The translations under genes and the position numbers were made by a program. Shown here one piece after another: positions 40,762-51,289 of a DNA stretch of 64,000 nt. How positions within the stretch are numbered: position 1 is the stretch's first letter; each line of letters begins with the position of its first letter. This DNA comes from an uncultured delta proteobacterium (GTDB lineage: Bacteria; Desulfobacterota; Binatia; JACPRU01), in the NCBI GenBank assembly GCA_963745025.1, contig CAVUWD010000006.1, positions 1-64,000 of the forward strand. Reading direction: 5' to 3'. The notes beneath the pieces are model-generated. The model was not told where the DNA came from. It did no database searches and worked only from the letters and a program-made list of their open reading frames with translations.

Positions 40762-41093
40762 GTCCTCTTTCCGGGCCGACCGACGCGGGGAACTTCACTG
40801 ATCTTCTAGCCACCCTTTTGGCCGCTCCGCAAGGAGAACGAGGCTGCGCGTGCCGCGACGTTCGAGCGATGGAACATCGTGAACCGGATCGTTCCCGACG
40901 AAGCCTTCGAGGCAGAGACTGGGGCATTCGTCGAGCGGCTGGCCAGCGGTGCAACCCTAGCGTCGCGGAGTCGGTGATCCGCCGCTGCTGCTGCAGTAGC
41001 GGCCTTCGAGCGCAAGCGCCTGTCGAAGCCTTGACCGGCGAACGGCAACAGCCCTACGTATCGTTGGAGACACGAACCGAAGGGAGGTCCACG

Positions 41094-41534
41094 ATGCTCA
41101 GCCCCGGCCAGCCCGCCCCCGACTTCAACGTCACCAGCCACGAAGGGAAGAAGATCTCGCTCGCCGCTCTGCGCGGCCAGAAGGTGCTGCTCTGGTTCTA
41201 CCCCAAGGCCGACACCCCCGGTTGAACCATCGAGGGCAAAGGGCTCCGTGACCGAGCCCAAGATTTCGCCGGCAAGAACATCGCGATCCTCGGCGCGAGC
41301 TTCGACACCGAGGCCGAGAACGCCGCCTTCGCCAAGAAGTTCAGCTTCGCCTTCCCGCTACTCTGCGACACCGACCGCAAGCTCGGCATGGCCTACGGCG
41401 CCTGCGACGATCCGAGCGCCGGCTACGCGAAGCGGATCTCGTACCTGATCGATGAGCAGGGGAAGATTCTGAAAGCGTACGCCAAGGTGCAGCCTGCCGA
41501 TCACCCTGATGAGGTGTTCAGAGACGCGGGCTGA
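41094..41534 (+). CDS. bcp: BCP/PrxQ peroxiredoxin selenoprotein (UGA at 41223-41225)
   Basis: WFYPKADTPG-TGA-TIE continues in frame to ..GASFD..FPLLCD..RISYLID..HPDEV. GGAGG RBS upstream. Confidence 0.9.
41241..41259 (+). promoter_or_regulatory. Candidate bacterial SECIS hairpin
   Basis: GGGCTC-CGTGACC-GAGCCC begins 15 nt after the UGA. Confidence 0.65.
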
Positions 41535-41723
41535 GCGAGCGAAGCGGATCCTTCCCGTGAACCTCAACACGTTCGATTGAGCTCGCCCGCCTTCACACGG
41601 GCGTGCGGGATGTGCACGGTGTCGATGCCCTGAACGTTCCTTCGAGGGAGAATTTGCCTGCGGCCGAGCCTGTGACCTCGAGATTCGGACACGGCCCCAC
41701 GGCGATGGAGCGCGTTCACACCT

Positions 41724-43142
41724 CTATGATACCGCCTTTTTTTGATCGGGCTCGACCAGCGTCGTTCGCAGCGCCTCGCTTAGCAAAGCGCGGGCTTCGG
41801 GCTCGCGTAGCGCGGTCAGGTGGCTCGCGGCGCTCCAGGAGATCCGCGGGCGATCCCAGTGCACCCATAGGTCGCGCACCTGATCGGGGGTGACCAGCCG
41901 GTCGCCCGTCGCGGCCAGAATGAAGCGCCCCTCCTTCGGGACCTTCGGCTCCAACGCCAGAGGCGAGATCGGGCGTAACACCTCGCGAGCCATGTCGAGA
42001 TCCACACCGAGCCTCTGCATCCATAGCGCGTCCAGTCCGGTCATGACGCGTGTCGCACCGCGCAGGAAATCAGCGGCGGGGATGCCGGCGATCGCGCAGG
42101 CGAGATCCGCCTCGAGTGACGCGAAGAGCGCCGTGGTGTAGCCGCCGAGCGAGAGCCCATAGAGTCCGACGCGCGTTCCTCCCTGGGCACGGATCCACGC
42201 GAGGAGCCGCCGCAGATCCCACATCGATTGCGCCTCGGCGTGTACGGAGTTGAGGAGCGAAGCGCCGAAGAACTCCGCTCCGCTCCGGCGGCCGGGCGAG
42301 CGCGGGCCGTGCATCGGGAGTACCGGCAGCGCGACGTTGAGACCGAGGTGCAGGTGAAGCCACTCGACCTCGAAGGCCCAGAGGTCGAGCCCGCCCGTTC
42401 CCATACCGTACCCGTGGACGCAGACGATCCAGGGGCGCGGCTCGCCTCCGTGACGAAAGACCCAGGAGTGGACCGTGCGATTCGCCTCGAACGCGAGCCA
42501 GCGTTGCGTGCCGGGAACGGCTCCATCGGGTGCGTAACCGCTGTCGAAGCGGAGGTGCTCGTGGGCGATGCCACGCGCCGTGCGCGGCCCGATCTCGACC
42601 GATTCCGGCGGGGGCGGTGTGCAGTGGAACCTGATGGGATCGCCAAGCCATCCGCGCGACTCGAAGAGCGCGTGCGCTTCGATGAGCTCCGCCGCGGCGC
42701 GGCGCTGCTCGTCGCGACCCGGGCGCCTGCCGGTGTTCAACATCACGAAGATGAGCGCCTCGTCCGCCCCCGCCCTCGCGGCATAGCGGAGCGTCAGGGG
42801 ATACTTCGGAACCTCGTCGTAGTCCGGCTCGAGGGAGAGCGCGATCCAGCCCGCCGCCACGAAGCTCGCTGCCGAGAGCAGGCCGGCCCAGAGCGCCGGC
42901 CACACGCCGAAGAGCAGGAACGGTAGCGACAGAGCGATGCCCAGGAGCCCGCCGATCGCCGTGACGGACTGCAGGCGCACGTCTCCCGTGAGCACGTACG
43001 TGCCAAACCCCCCGGTCACGAGCAGCGTTCCCGGGACGACGGCGAAGAGGAATGCGACCCACCCGCGGTCACCGAGGTCGATGAACCAGACGAGTCCCGC
43101 GGCAACCACTATCCATGCAGCCGGGTGTCGAGGTGTATTCAC
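41724..43142 (-). CDS. Membrane-anchored alpha/beta hydrolase
   Basis: About four N-terminal TM segments, HGYG, GLSLGG nucleophile elbow, D and H of the triad. The start codon is uncertain. Confidence 0.82.
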   Translation of the reverse strand: MNTPRHPAAWIVVAAGLVWFIDLGDRGWVAFLFAVVPGTLLVTGGFGTYVLTGDVRLQSVTAIGGLLGIALSLPFLLFGVWPALWAGLLSAASFVAAGWIALSLEPDYDEVPKYPLTLRYAARAGADEALIFVMLNTGRRPGRDEQRRAAAELIEAHALFESRGWLGDPIRFHCTPPPPESVEIGPRTARGIAHEHLRFDSGYAPDGAVPGTQRWLAFEANRTVHSWVFRHGGEPRPWIVCVHGYGMGTGGLDLWAFEVEWLHLHLGLNVALPVLPMHGPRSPGRRSGAEFFGASLLNSVHAEAQSMWDLRRLLAWIRAQGGTRVGLYGLSLGGYTTALFASLEADLACAIAGIPAADFLRGATRVMTGLDALWMQRLGVDLDMAREVLRPISPLALEPKVPKEGRFILAATGDRLVTPDQVRDLWVHWDRPRISWSAASHLTALREPEARALLSEALRTTLVEPDQKKAVS

Positions 43143-43551
43143 GAAGCCTCCAACGAGAGATCCGACGTTTTGCCGACCGTATAATTCCGATGCGCGGAGA
43201 GTGCCAACTACCTGAGACTCCCCGTCGTGGCTCAAGGCGGACGGGCGGAGTGCTCCCGACGTCACGGGTCTTCATGACCGAACTGCGTCCGAGCTCCGTT
43301 CGCTGGCGCTGTCCGCGAGCAGAAGCGGCCTTGGCTCGCCAAGTCGGAGGGCTTTTGTGCGGATTCCGGGCGGGGCGGGCCAAAGGACCCTTGCCAAAAC
43401 GCGCGCCGCAGGAATAGAGGTCACCCTGTTGACGGGCTTCGCCCGTTCATCTGGGAAATGTCGGTTCCAATTGAGTCCGGCTTCGCGTCCGCTTCTAATT
43501 CTAATCCCTCGTAGGCTTGAGACAGAATGCTCGCCACGCCGAAGTCTTGCA

Positions 43552-46500
43552 ATGTCCGTTGAAGCAGCTCAGCTGCCCGAGGGCACGGTGACCGTGCTTT
43601 CGACGGACCTCGTCGGCTCGACGTTGCTCAACCAGCGCTTGGGCGATGAGGCTGCCACGGCGGTGGAGCGCGAACTTGCGGCCTTGGCTCAAGAGCAGGT
43701 GGAGAAACAGCGCGGGGTGGTCGTCAAGGACACTGGCGACGGGCTCATGGTGGCCTTCCAGTCGGCGCGTCGTGCCGTCGTCTGCGCTCAAGAGATCCAA
43801 CGCGCCATCGCCCGCCGCAACCGCAGCCACCCTGACACCGTCGTGCAGCTGCGCGTCGGCCTGCACACCGGCGAGGTGCTGAACGAGGCTGGCGGTCTCC
43901 ATGGCGAGACGCTGATCATCGCCAAGCGCATCGAGACGGTGGCGCCCGCCGGCGGGATCTTGGCCTCGGACACGCTGCACGGCGTCCTCGGCACCGCGCG
44001 CGGCGAGCTGGTGGACCGCGGCGAGTTCACGCTCAAGGGCATCGATGCACCCTGGCGCCTCTGGGACGTGCCCTGGGCGGACGCCGAGGCCAGCGGCGTC
44101 CTCTCGGGAAGGGAGCGCACGCCATTCGTCGGCCGCACCCGCGAGCGTGCGCGGCTCCTCCAAGCGGTGGAGAGCGCGCACGCCGGCGCCGGTGCACTGG
44201 TGCTGATTGCCGGCGAGGCCGGAGTCGGCAAGTCGCGGCTCGTCGAGGAAGCGGCCGCCGAGGCGCGGCGGCTCGGTCTCCGCGTGCTCATCGGCCACTG
44301 CGTCGACCAGCAAGGGGCGCCGCCCTACCTCCCCACGATCGAGCACATCGAGGAGGCGGCGCGCCAGGTTTCGCCCGAGGCGCTCCGCCAGGCGCTCGGG
44401 GAGAACGCGCCCGAGATCGCCAAGCTCATGCCCGAGTTGCGGGTACGCTACCCGGACATTCCCGACCCGGTGACGCTGCCGCCCGAGCAGGAGCGCCACT
44501 ACCTGCTGCGTGCAGTGAGCGAGTTCGTCGAGCGTGCCGCGCGCGCGAAGCCGCTCGTTCTCGTGTTCGAAGACCTCCACTGGGCCGACGAATCGACGCT
44601 GCTGCTCGTGCAGCACGCGGCGCAGCGGCTGCCGGAGATCCCGGTGCTCATGGTGGGGACCTATCGCGACACCGAGCTCAAGCCCGGGCGCCCGCTCGGC
44701 GGCGTGCTGCCCGGCCTCTTGCGCCAGCGGCTGGCCGAGGAGATCATGCTGAGCCGCATGACCGAGGCGGGCGTCAGCGCCATCCTCCAAGGCCTTGCTG
44801 GAAGCAAGCCCCCTCCCGAGCTGGTCTCGCTCGTCTTCTCGGAAACCGAGGGAAACCCCTTCTTCGTCGAAGAGGTGTTCCGCCACCTCCACGAGGCTGG
44901 CAAGCTCTTCGATGCGGAGGGCCGCTGGCGCTCGGACTTGCAGATTGCCGACAATGACGTGCCGCGCAGCGTCGGCTTGGTGATCGGGCAGCGCCTCGAG
45001 CGCGTGAGCGACGACTGCCGCCGTGTCCTGACGATTGCGGCGCTCGCCGGCAAGACCTTTCGCTTCGATCTCCTCGCCGCGTTCCAGGGTGTCGACGAGG
45101 ACGACCTCCTCGACGCGCTCGAGGAAGCGGCGCGCGCCACGCTGATCGAGGACGCGTCCACCGGCCGTGAGGTGCGCTACGCCTTCGTGCACGAACTAAT
45201 CCGCCAGGCCCTGCTGGCGCTCCTCTCCGCCGCGCGCCGCCAGCGCCTCCACCTGCGCATGGCCGACGCGCTCGAAGCGCTCCACGGGCAAGAAGCGGAG
45301 CGCTTCGCCGCAGAGATCGCCCACCACCTCTACCAGGCGGGCGCCGCCGCGCCGGGCGAGCGCACGGCGCGCTGGCTGGTGCGCGCCGCCGAGCGGGCGC
45401 TCGACGCGCTCGCCTTCGAGGACGCGCTCCGCGATCTCGACTGCGCGCGCAACGTGCTCCCGGCCAACGACTCCGAGGGGACGGCACGCGTCTTGCGCCT
45501 CCGCGCCCGAGCGCTCCGCGGCCTGGCGCGCATCGACGAGGCGCTCGCCGCGTTTGCCGAGGCGCTCGAGATCGCGCCGCCCGGCGTGGAGCGCGACGCG
45601 GTGCTCGAAGCGCGTGCCCGTCTCGAGCTCGACCTCTTCCGCGGCCGCGAGGCGATCGAGGACCTCGAGCCCCTCCTCGCCCGGACGCGCGCGGCCGGCG
45701 ACCGCGCGCGCGAGGTCGAGCTCCTCCTCATGCGGAGCCGCGCGCATTACATCCTCTCCCTCGACGAGCCCGGCTACGCCGACAAGACCCGCGCCTCGGA
45801 CGCCGAGGCCTACGCGCTGGCAAAGGAGATCGGCGACAAGCGCGCCATGTGCCAGTTGCTCATCCAGACGAGCTGGTTCATCGACTACTGGCCAGAGTAC
45901 CGCGAGCAGGCGATCGCGAATAACAATGAAGCGCGCGCCCTCGCCGCGGAGCTCGGCGACGAGGAGCTGCAGATCGAGGCGGCGTCGTCACGGCTCCGGC
46001 TGATGCCGCTCGGGGAGGCCCACGAGGACGCGATGCGTATTCGCGAGCGCCTCGAGAAACGCCGCGACCCGCTGCGTCTCAAGGAGCACCTTTTCTGGCT
46101 CATGTGGCACTACTGGCTGCGCGCCGACTTCGAGCAGTGCGTGGCGACCTGCAACGAGGGCATCGCACTCTCCGCGCAGCTCGGCTCGCCCCCAGTCCAG
46201 TATGCGAGCATCAAAGGCCTCGCGCTCACCGACCTCGGACGTTTCGACGAGGCCTGGGCCTCGTTTCAGGAGGAGGTAGCCGACGATGCACACCCCTTCG
46301 GGCGCTGCATGCGAGAGCTCGGCACCGCCATGTGGCTCGAGACGCTTGGCGCCCTGGACCGTGCCGAGGCTACCGCCAAAGAGGTGCTCGAGGAGGCGGG
46401 GAGGCTGTCGCGCGTCTGGATGCAGAGGGCCATGGTGGACCTGCTGACGATCGTCGGCGCGCGGCGCGGGGTGCATTACCCGGAGGTTGCCGGGTGGGAC

Positions 46501-46959
46501 GAGAAGAAGGCGGGTCTGATCGACCTGCGGCTCGTGCCGCTGGCCGCCGCGGCAGCGGCGCTGGCGCGCCGTGACTTCGCACAGGCGCTCGTACTCGCCG
46601 ACCAGTCGGCCGAAGAGACCTCGCGGCTCGGCCTACGGCGCGCTCGCATCATCGCGCTCGAGCTGGCAACGCGCGCACTGGCGGGACTCGAGCGTTGGGA
46701 CGAGCTGCTGGCGCACGCGGATGCGGCGCTGGCCGAGAGCGAGGCCGCGGGCTTTCGCACGCGGACGTGGCGGATCCTGGCCGCGCGGGCGCGGGCGCGC
46801 GATGCCAGCGGCGACGCCGCGGGTGCACGCGACGACCGCCGCGCCGCGCTCGCGCTGCTGGACGATATGGCCGGGCGCATCGCCGACGCGGAGCTGCGGG
46901 CGGCGTTCGAGGCGGATTCGAAAAGGTTCATGAACCCACACTCCACCCAGGCAGGATGA
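43552..46959 (+). CDS. Class III nucleotide cyclase-AAA ATPase-TPR protein
   Basis: TDLVGST, KDTGDG, GLHTGE, Walker A GEAGVGKS, EDLHWAD, TEGNPFF, helical repeats. Confidence 0.92.
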   Translation: MSVEAAQLPEGTVTVLSTDLVGSTLLNQRLGDEAATAVERELAALAQEQVEKQRGVVVKDTGDGLMVAFQSARRAVVCAQEIQRAIARRNRSHPDTVVQLRVGLHTGEVLNEAGGLHGETLIIAKRIETVAPAGGILASDTLHGVLGTARGELVDRGEFTLKGIDAPWRLWDVPWADAEASGVLSGRERTPFVGRTRERARLLQAVESAHAGAGALVLIAGEAGVGKSRLVEEAAAEARRLGLRVLIGHCVDQQGAPPYLPTIEHIEEAARQVSPEALRQALGENAPEIAKLMPELRVRYPDIPDPVTLPPEQERHYLLRAVSEFVERAARAKPLVLVFEDLHWADESTLLLVQHAAQRLPEIPVLMVGTYRDTELKPGRPLGGVLPGLLRQRLAEEIMLSRMTEAGVSAILQGLAGSKPPPELVSLVFSETEGNPFFVEEVFRHLHEAGKLFDAEGRWRSDLQIADNDVPRSVGLVIGQRLERVSDDCRRVLTIAALAGKTFRFDLLAAFQGVDEDDLLDALEEAARATLIEDASTGREVRYAFVHELIRQALLALLSAARRQRLHLRMADALEALHGQEAERFAAEIAHHLYQAGAAAPGERTARWLVRAAERALDALAFEDALRDLDCARNVLPANDSEGTARVLRLRARALRGLARIDEALAAFAEALEIAPPGVERDAVLEARARLELDLFRGREAIEDLEPLLARTRAAGDRAREVELLLMRSRAHYILSLDEPGYADKTRASDAEAYALAKEIGDKRAMCQLLIQTSWFIDYWPEYREQAIANNNEARALAAELGDEELQIEAASSRLRLMPLGEAHEDAMRIRERLEKRRDPLRLKEHLFWLMWHYWLRADFEQCVATCNEGIALSAQLGSPPVQYASIKGLALTDLGRFDEAWASFQEEVADDAHPFGRCMRELGTAMWLETLGALDRAEATAKEVLEEAGRLSRVWMQRAMVDLLTIVGARRGVHYPEVAGWDEKKAGLIDLRLVPLAAAAAALARRDFAQALVLADQSAEETSRLGLRRARIIALELATRALAGLERWDELLAHADAALAESEAAGFRTRTWRILAARARARDASGDAAGARDDRRAALALLDDMAGRIADAELRAAFEADSKRFMNPHSTQAG

Positions 46960-47019
46960 GAACAGAGGCCAACGTCCGACCACCACTACTTTCGGAGCAG
47001 TCTAGGAGGTGAGGAACCC

Positions 47020-48234
47020 ATGAAGACGAAGCTGCGACCCGGTTCTCCCAAGGAGGTCGGCATGCTCCCAGAGCGGGTGGCCTACGCGCGCGACTTGTGC
47101 GCCCGATGGGTAAGGGAGGGCCACACCCCGGCGCTCTCGGTGTGCGTCGCGCGGCGGGGAAAGATCGTTCTCCACGACGCCTGGGGCGTGCTCGGCCCGG
47201 AGTCCGGCGCGCCGCCCCTCGGGCTCGACTCGATCTTCCCGATCATGTCGATCACCAAGCCGATCACGGCCACGCTCGTAATGCAGCTCGTCGAAGACGG
47301 CCTGCTCGGGCTCAACCGCCCCGTCGTCGACTACTTACCCGAGGTCACGGGCGAGGGTGTGGCGGACATCTTGGTCCATCATCTCCTCACTCATACGAGC
47401 GGATATAGCTGGACCTGGTATCTGGGTCCGATGATGCTCCACGCGGCAACGAAGTTGGAAGCCGGCTTCGAGCCGCCGCCCTGCCCTGCCTGGCGGCACC
47501 CGGAGAACCACCGGGAGCTCTCGATCCTCTGGGACGCGCCGCGTGAGGCGGCGGCCGGCGAGGTCATGATCTACTCCAACCACAACTACCTGCTGCTCGG
47601 GGAAATCGTCACCCGGCTCACCGAGCGTCCTCTCGAGGAGCTGGCACGAGAACGGATCTTCGCGCCGCTCGGCATGGATTCGAGCGATTACGTGGTGCCG
47701 GCGTCCACGGCCCACCGCGTCGTGCGGCGCCCATCGGGGTTTCCCATAGCCGATCCGTCACCCCTGGGGACGTTCTGGTACGGGATCGACTCGCCGGTCC
47801 ACCAAGCAACCCCGAACCCGGGCTGCGGCGTTTTTTCAACCGCCTACGACATGACCGTCTTTGGCCAGATGATCCTCAACCGCGGGCGCTACGGCGACGC
47901 CCGCATCCTCTCGCCTGCCGCGGTGGCGGCGATGACCCGTGACCAGATTCCGGGGATCAAGGCACGCTTCTGGGACAAGCTGGTCACGCACGGGTCCTGG
48001 GGGTACGGCTGGTCTGTCGAGTCACCGAGCAAGTGGCCCTACTTCCACGGCAGCCTGGCGCCGCTCGGCGCGCTCGGCCACCCGGGCGCGGGAGGCGCCA
48101 TGTTCTGGATCGACCCGGCGCACGAGCTGACTGGCGCCTACTTCGAGGTGACCGCGCACCTGACCGAGCGCTTCGAGCCCCTTTGGAACCTCGACCTCTT
48201 CGGGAACGTGATCGGCGCGGCGGTGGACGACTGA
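47020..48234 (+). CDS. Serine hydrolase, beta-lactamase family
   Basis: SITK, LLTHTSG, YSN, GHPGAGG. Confidence 0.92.
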   Translation: MKTKLRPGSPKEVGMLPERVAYARDLCARWVREGHTPALSVCVARRGKIVLHDAWGVLGPESGAPPLGLDSIFPIMSITKPITATLVMQLVEDGLLGLNRPVVDYLPEVTGEGVADILVHHLLTHTSGYSWTWYLGPMMLHAATKLEAGFEPPPCPAWRHPENHRELSILWDAPREAAAGEVMIYSNHNYLLLGEIVTRLTERPLEELARERIFAPLGMDSSDYVVPASTAHRVVRRPSGFPIADPSPLGTFWYGIDSPVHQATPNPGCGVFSTAYDMTVFGQMILNRGRYGDARILSPAAVAAMTRDQIPGIKARFWDKLVTHGSWGYGWSVESPSKWPYFHGSLAPLGALGHPGAGGAMFWIDPAHELTGAYFEVTAHLTERFEPLWNLDLFGNVIGAAVDD

Positions 48235-48382
48235 TGGCGGCGGATGCGCTCGCTGCAGAAAATAAAACGCGAACGTGAAGTTTCGCCCGTCGACTGCGCC
48301 GTCGTTGCGACGGCGGTGCGTGAGCGCCCGTCACAGCGAACTCGGCGCCAAAAAAAGGAGTCGAGGGGGTAGATTCCTTCTC

Positions 48383-48408
48383 CGTAGGTTCTTTGCGTTT
48401 TGCAAAGA
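48383..48408 (+). mobile_element. Third copy of the 26-bp IS-like terminus
   Basis: CGTAGGTTCTTTGCGTTTTGCAAAGA, without the coding tail. Confidence 0.5.
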
Positions 48409-48676
48409 AGTTTCCGGGAGCGAAAGTGACTCCGTCCTCGCCGGCTGCGCGCGGCAGAAGCATCTGCGAGCTTGGTTGCGGCCGAAGCGCCGCGTTAGTC
48501 GGTATCAGCGCCCGATGTAAGGTCGGACCTCGGACACCGGCGCTACCGCCACTCTACCGCTTTACGCCCGCTTTGACGGCCTCTGGCCGGCTGCGGTTGC
48601 GCCGTCGCGACCGTTGCGGCATCCACAGAGAGGCGGGTGGGCTGGCGTCGCGTACGCAGTCGGCCCGACAAGCGCC

Positions 48677-49999
48677 ATGGACACCCTGCTCGTACATCGA
48701 CTCCAATTCGCCTTCACGGTCATCTACCACTACCTATTCCCGCAGTTGACCATGGGCCTGGCGTTGCTCATCGTCGTGCTCAAGAGCCTGGCGCTGTGGC
48801 GGAACGACGCGGTGGCCGAGCGGGCGGCGCGGTTCTGGACGCGCCTGTTCGGGATCAGCTTCGTGATGGGTGTGGTGACCGGCATCCCACTCGAGTTTCA
48901 GTTCGGCACCAACTGGGCGCGCTTCTCGAAAGCCACCGGCTCGCTGATCGGGCAGACGCTGGCCATGGAAGGCGTGTTCGCGTTCTTTTTGGAGTCGTCG
49001 TTTCTGTACCTGCTGCTGTTCGGCGAGAAGCGTGTCAGCCGCCGCGCCCACTGGGGAGCCGCCGTACTCGTGTGGCTGGGTTCGTGGCTATCGGGCTACT
49101 TCATCATCTGCACCAACGCGTTCATGCAGCATCCTGTCGGCCACGTGTTGGGCACCGACGGCGCGATCCAGTTGCAGAGCCTGTGGACCTATCTCACCAA
49201 CCCGTGGGCGCTGGCGCAGTACTCGCACAACATGGTCGGGTCGGTGATCACCGGCAGCATTACGATGACCGCCCTGGGCGCCTTCTACGCACTGCAGGGC
49301 CTGCATCGCGCCGTCGCCGAACGCTGTCTGCAAGTGGGCGTGGTTGCCGGTCTGCTCGGTTGTTTGTTGGTCGCGTACCCGACCGGTGACAGTCAGGCGC
49401 GTCTGGTCGCCAATCATCAACCGGTCGGCTTTGCGGCGATGGAAGGGCACTTCGAATCGAGCGACGGCGCCGGCATGGTGATCATCGGCCAGCCGGACAT
49501 GGACCGCTTGGTGCTCGACAACCCGATCGTCGTGCCGCACGTGCTGTCGGTGCTGACGCACCAGCGTTGGAACGCCTTCATCCCCGGGCTCAAGTCGTTC
49601 GACCGTGATCTGTGGCCCGACACCGTGCCGCTTCTGTACTACGCTTACCACGTGATGGTGGGGTTGGGGACGATCTTCACCGCCTTGTTCGGCCTGGCGG
49701 CGCTGGTCCTGTGGCGTGGGCGGCTGGCGGATTCACCGTGGATGTTGTGGCCGCTGATGTTGGCTCTGCCGCTGCCGTTCATCGCCAACACCGCGGGCTG
49801 GATGACCGCCGAGCTGGGGCGTCAGCCGTGGATCGTCTACGGGCTGATGCGCACCGCCGTCGGCTACTCCGCCAACGTCTCCGGCGGCAACGTCTTGTTC
49901 ACGCTGCTCGGCTTCGCAGGCCTCTACGCAATGCTGTCGGTGCTGTTCCTGTTTCTGGCCGGCCGCATCGTGGCGCGTGGGCCGGTGGAGGAAGCATGA
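48677..49999 (+). CDS. cydA: Cytochrome bd oxidase subunit I, short Q-loop
   Basis: RLQFAF..H, EFQFGTNW, EG.FAFFLES, YH.MVG, AELGRQPW. Confidence 0.95.
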   Translation: MDTLLVHRLQFAFTVIYHYLFPQLTMGLALLIVVLKSLALWRNDAVAERAARFWTRLFGISFVMGVVTGIPLEFQFGTNWARFSKATGSLIGQTLAMEGVFAFFLESSFLYLLLFGEKRVSRRAHWGAAVLVWLGSWLSGYFIICTNAFMQHPVGHVLGTDGAIQLQSLWTYLTNPWALAQYSHNMVGSVITGSITMTALGAFYALQGLHRAVAERCLQVGVVAGLLGCLLVAYPTGDSQARLVANHQPVGFAAMEGHFESSDGAGMVIIGQPDMDRLVLDNPIVVPHVLSVLTHQRWNAFIPGLKSFDRDLWPDTVPLLYYAYHVMVGLGTIFTALFGLAALVLWRGRLADSPWMLWPLMLALPLPFIANTAGWMTAELGRQPWIVYGLMRTAVGYSANVSGGNVLFTLLGFAGLYAMLSVLFLFLAGRIVARGPVEEA

Positions 50000-51042
50000 G
50001 CCTGGTCGCGGTGTGGTACGTCATCGCCGGTGCCATGCTGGCGATGTACGTGGTGCTCGACGGGTTCGACTTCGGCGTCGGCATGCTGCACCTGTTCGTG
50101 GCGCGCAACGATGCCGAGCGGCGCGCCGTGCTGCGTTCGATCGGTCCGGTGTGGGACGGCAATGAGGTCTGGTTGCTAGCCGCCGGCGGATCGCTGTTGG
50201 TCGCCTTTCCGACTCTGTTGGCCACCAGCTTCAGCGGCTTCTACCTGCCGCTGATCATTGTCGTCTGGCTGCTTCTGTTTCGTGCCCTCGGCATCGAACT
50301 GCGCCACCAGGTCGATCACCCGCTGTGGCACCAGTTCTGGGACGTCACCTTCGCTGCCGCCAGTTTGTTGCTGGCCGTGTTCTTCGGAGCGGCGCTCGGC
50401 AACGTCATTCGCGGTGTTTCGCTCGATGCCCATCAGCAGTTCTTCGCGCCGCTGTGGACGAACTTCCTGATCGGCGCCGATACCGGCATCCTCGATTGGT
50501 ACACGCTGCTGGTGGCTCTGACGGTCACTCCGGCGCTGGCCCAGCACGGCGCTCTGTGGTTGGCGGCGCGCGTCGGCGAGCCGATCGGTGGCCGGGCTTT
50601 GGCGGTGGCGCAGCGGTTGTGGCCGATCGTGTTGATCGCGACCCTAGTGACCATGCTGGCGACCCTGTTCGTGCAAGAGCGGGTGATGGCCCAGGTGGCC
50701 GAGCGTCCGTGGGGAGTCGTCTTTCCTGCGGCCGCGGTTGCCTGCCTGATGGGCGTGCGCCACGCCGGTCGTCGCGACCAACGCGGGCGTGCCTTCCTGG
50801 CCTCGGCTGGGTACCTGGTGACAACTCTGGCGAGTGCCGCGTTCGGGATCTTTCCGGCTGTGTTGCCAGCGCGTGACGCGGCACTCAGCTTGACGATCGC
50901 CAATGCGGCGGCCGAACCGTACGGGCTGCGCGTCGCCCTGTACTGGTGGATCCCCGGCATCGGCCTGGCGCTGGCCTACACGGCGTTTGTATACGGCCGC
51001 ATCCTCACGCCGGTTGGCGTCGGAGACGCGAGCGAGCACTGA
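49996..51042 (+). CDS. cydB: Cytochrome bd oxidase subunit II
   Basis: YVVLDGFDFGVG, PVWDGNEVW. ATGA overlap with cydA. Confidence 0.95.
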   Translation: MSLVAVWYVIAGAMLAMYVVLDGFDFGVGMLHLFVARNDAERRAVLRSIGPVWDGNEVWLLAAGGSLLVAFPTLLATSFSGFYLPLIIVVWLLLFRALGIELRHQVDHPLWHQFWDVTFAAASLLLAVFFGAALGNVIRGVSLDAHQQFFAPLWTNFLIGADTGILDWYTLLVALTVTPALAQHGALWLAARVGEPIGGRALAVAQRLWPIVLIATLVTMLATLFVQERVMAQVAERPWGVVFPAAAVACLMGVRHAGRRDQRGRAFLASAGYLVTTLASAAFGIFPAVLPARDAALSLTIANAAAEPYGLRVALYWWIPGIGLALAYTAFVYGRILTPVGVGDASEH

Positions 51043-51289
51043 GCTGCGGTCGTCGGCGACCCGCTACTCGGGCTGACGTTGGCGTCGGCTGGCCGCGGGC
51101 TCGCCGGGGAATGTCGGGCCCTTGTCCCAGTGCGGCGTAGCGCCGCAGCGCTTGGCGAAGTAGTCGACGAAGGCGCGGACCTTCGGTGTGACGTGAGCGA
51201 TCGCGCCGTCGGAGCGTGATCTCATGGGAGCTGCCGGCGCGGGCTGCTTCTCCAGTTCACGTTCTACGGCTAGTCCGTGCAGTCAGGCT

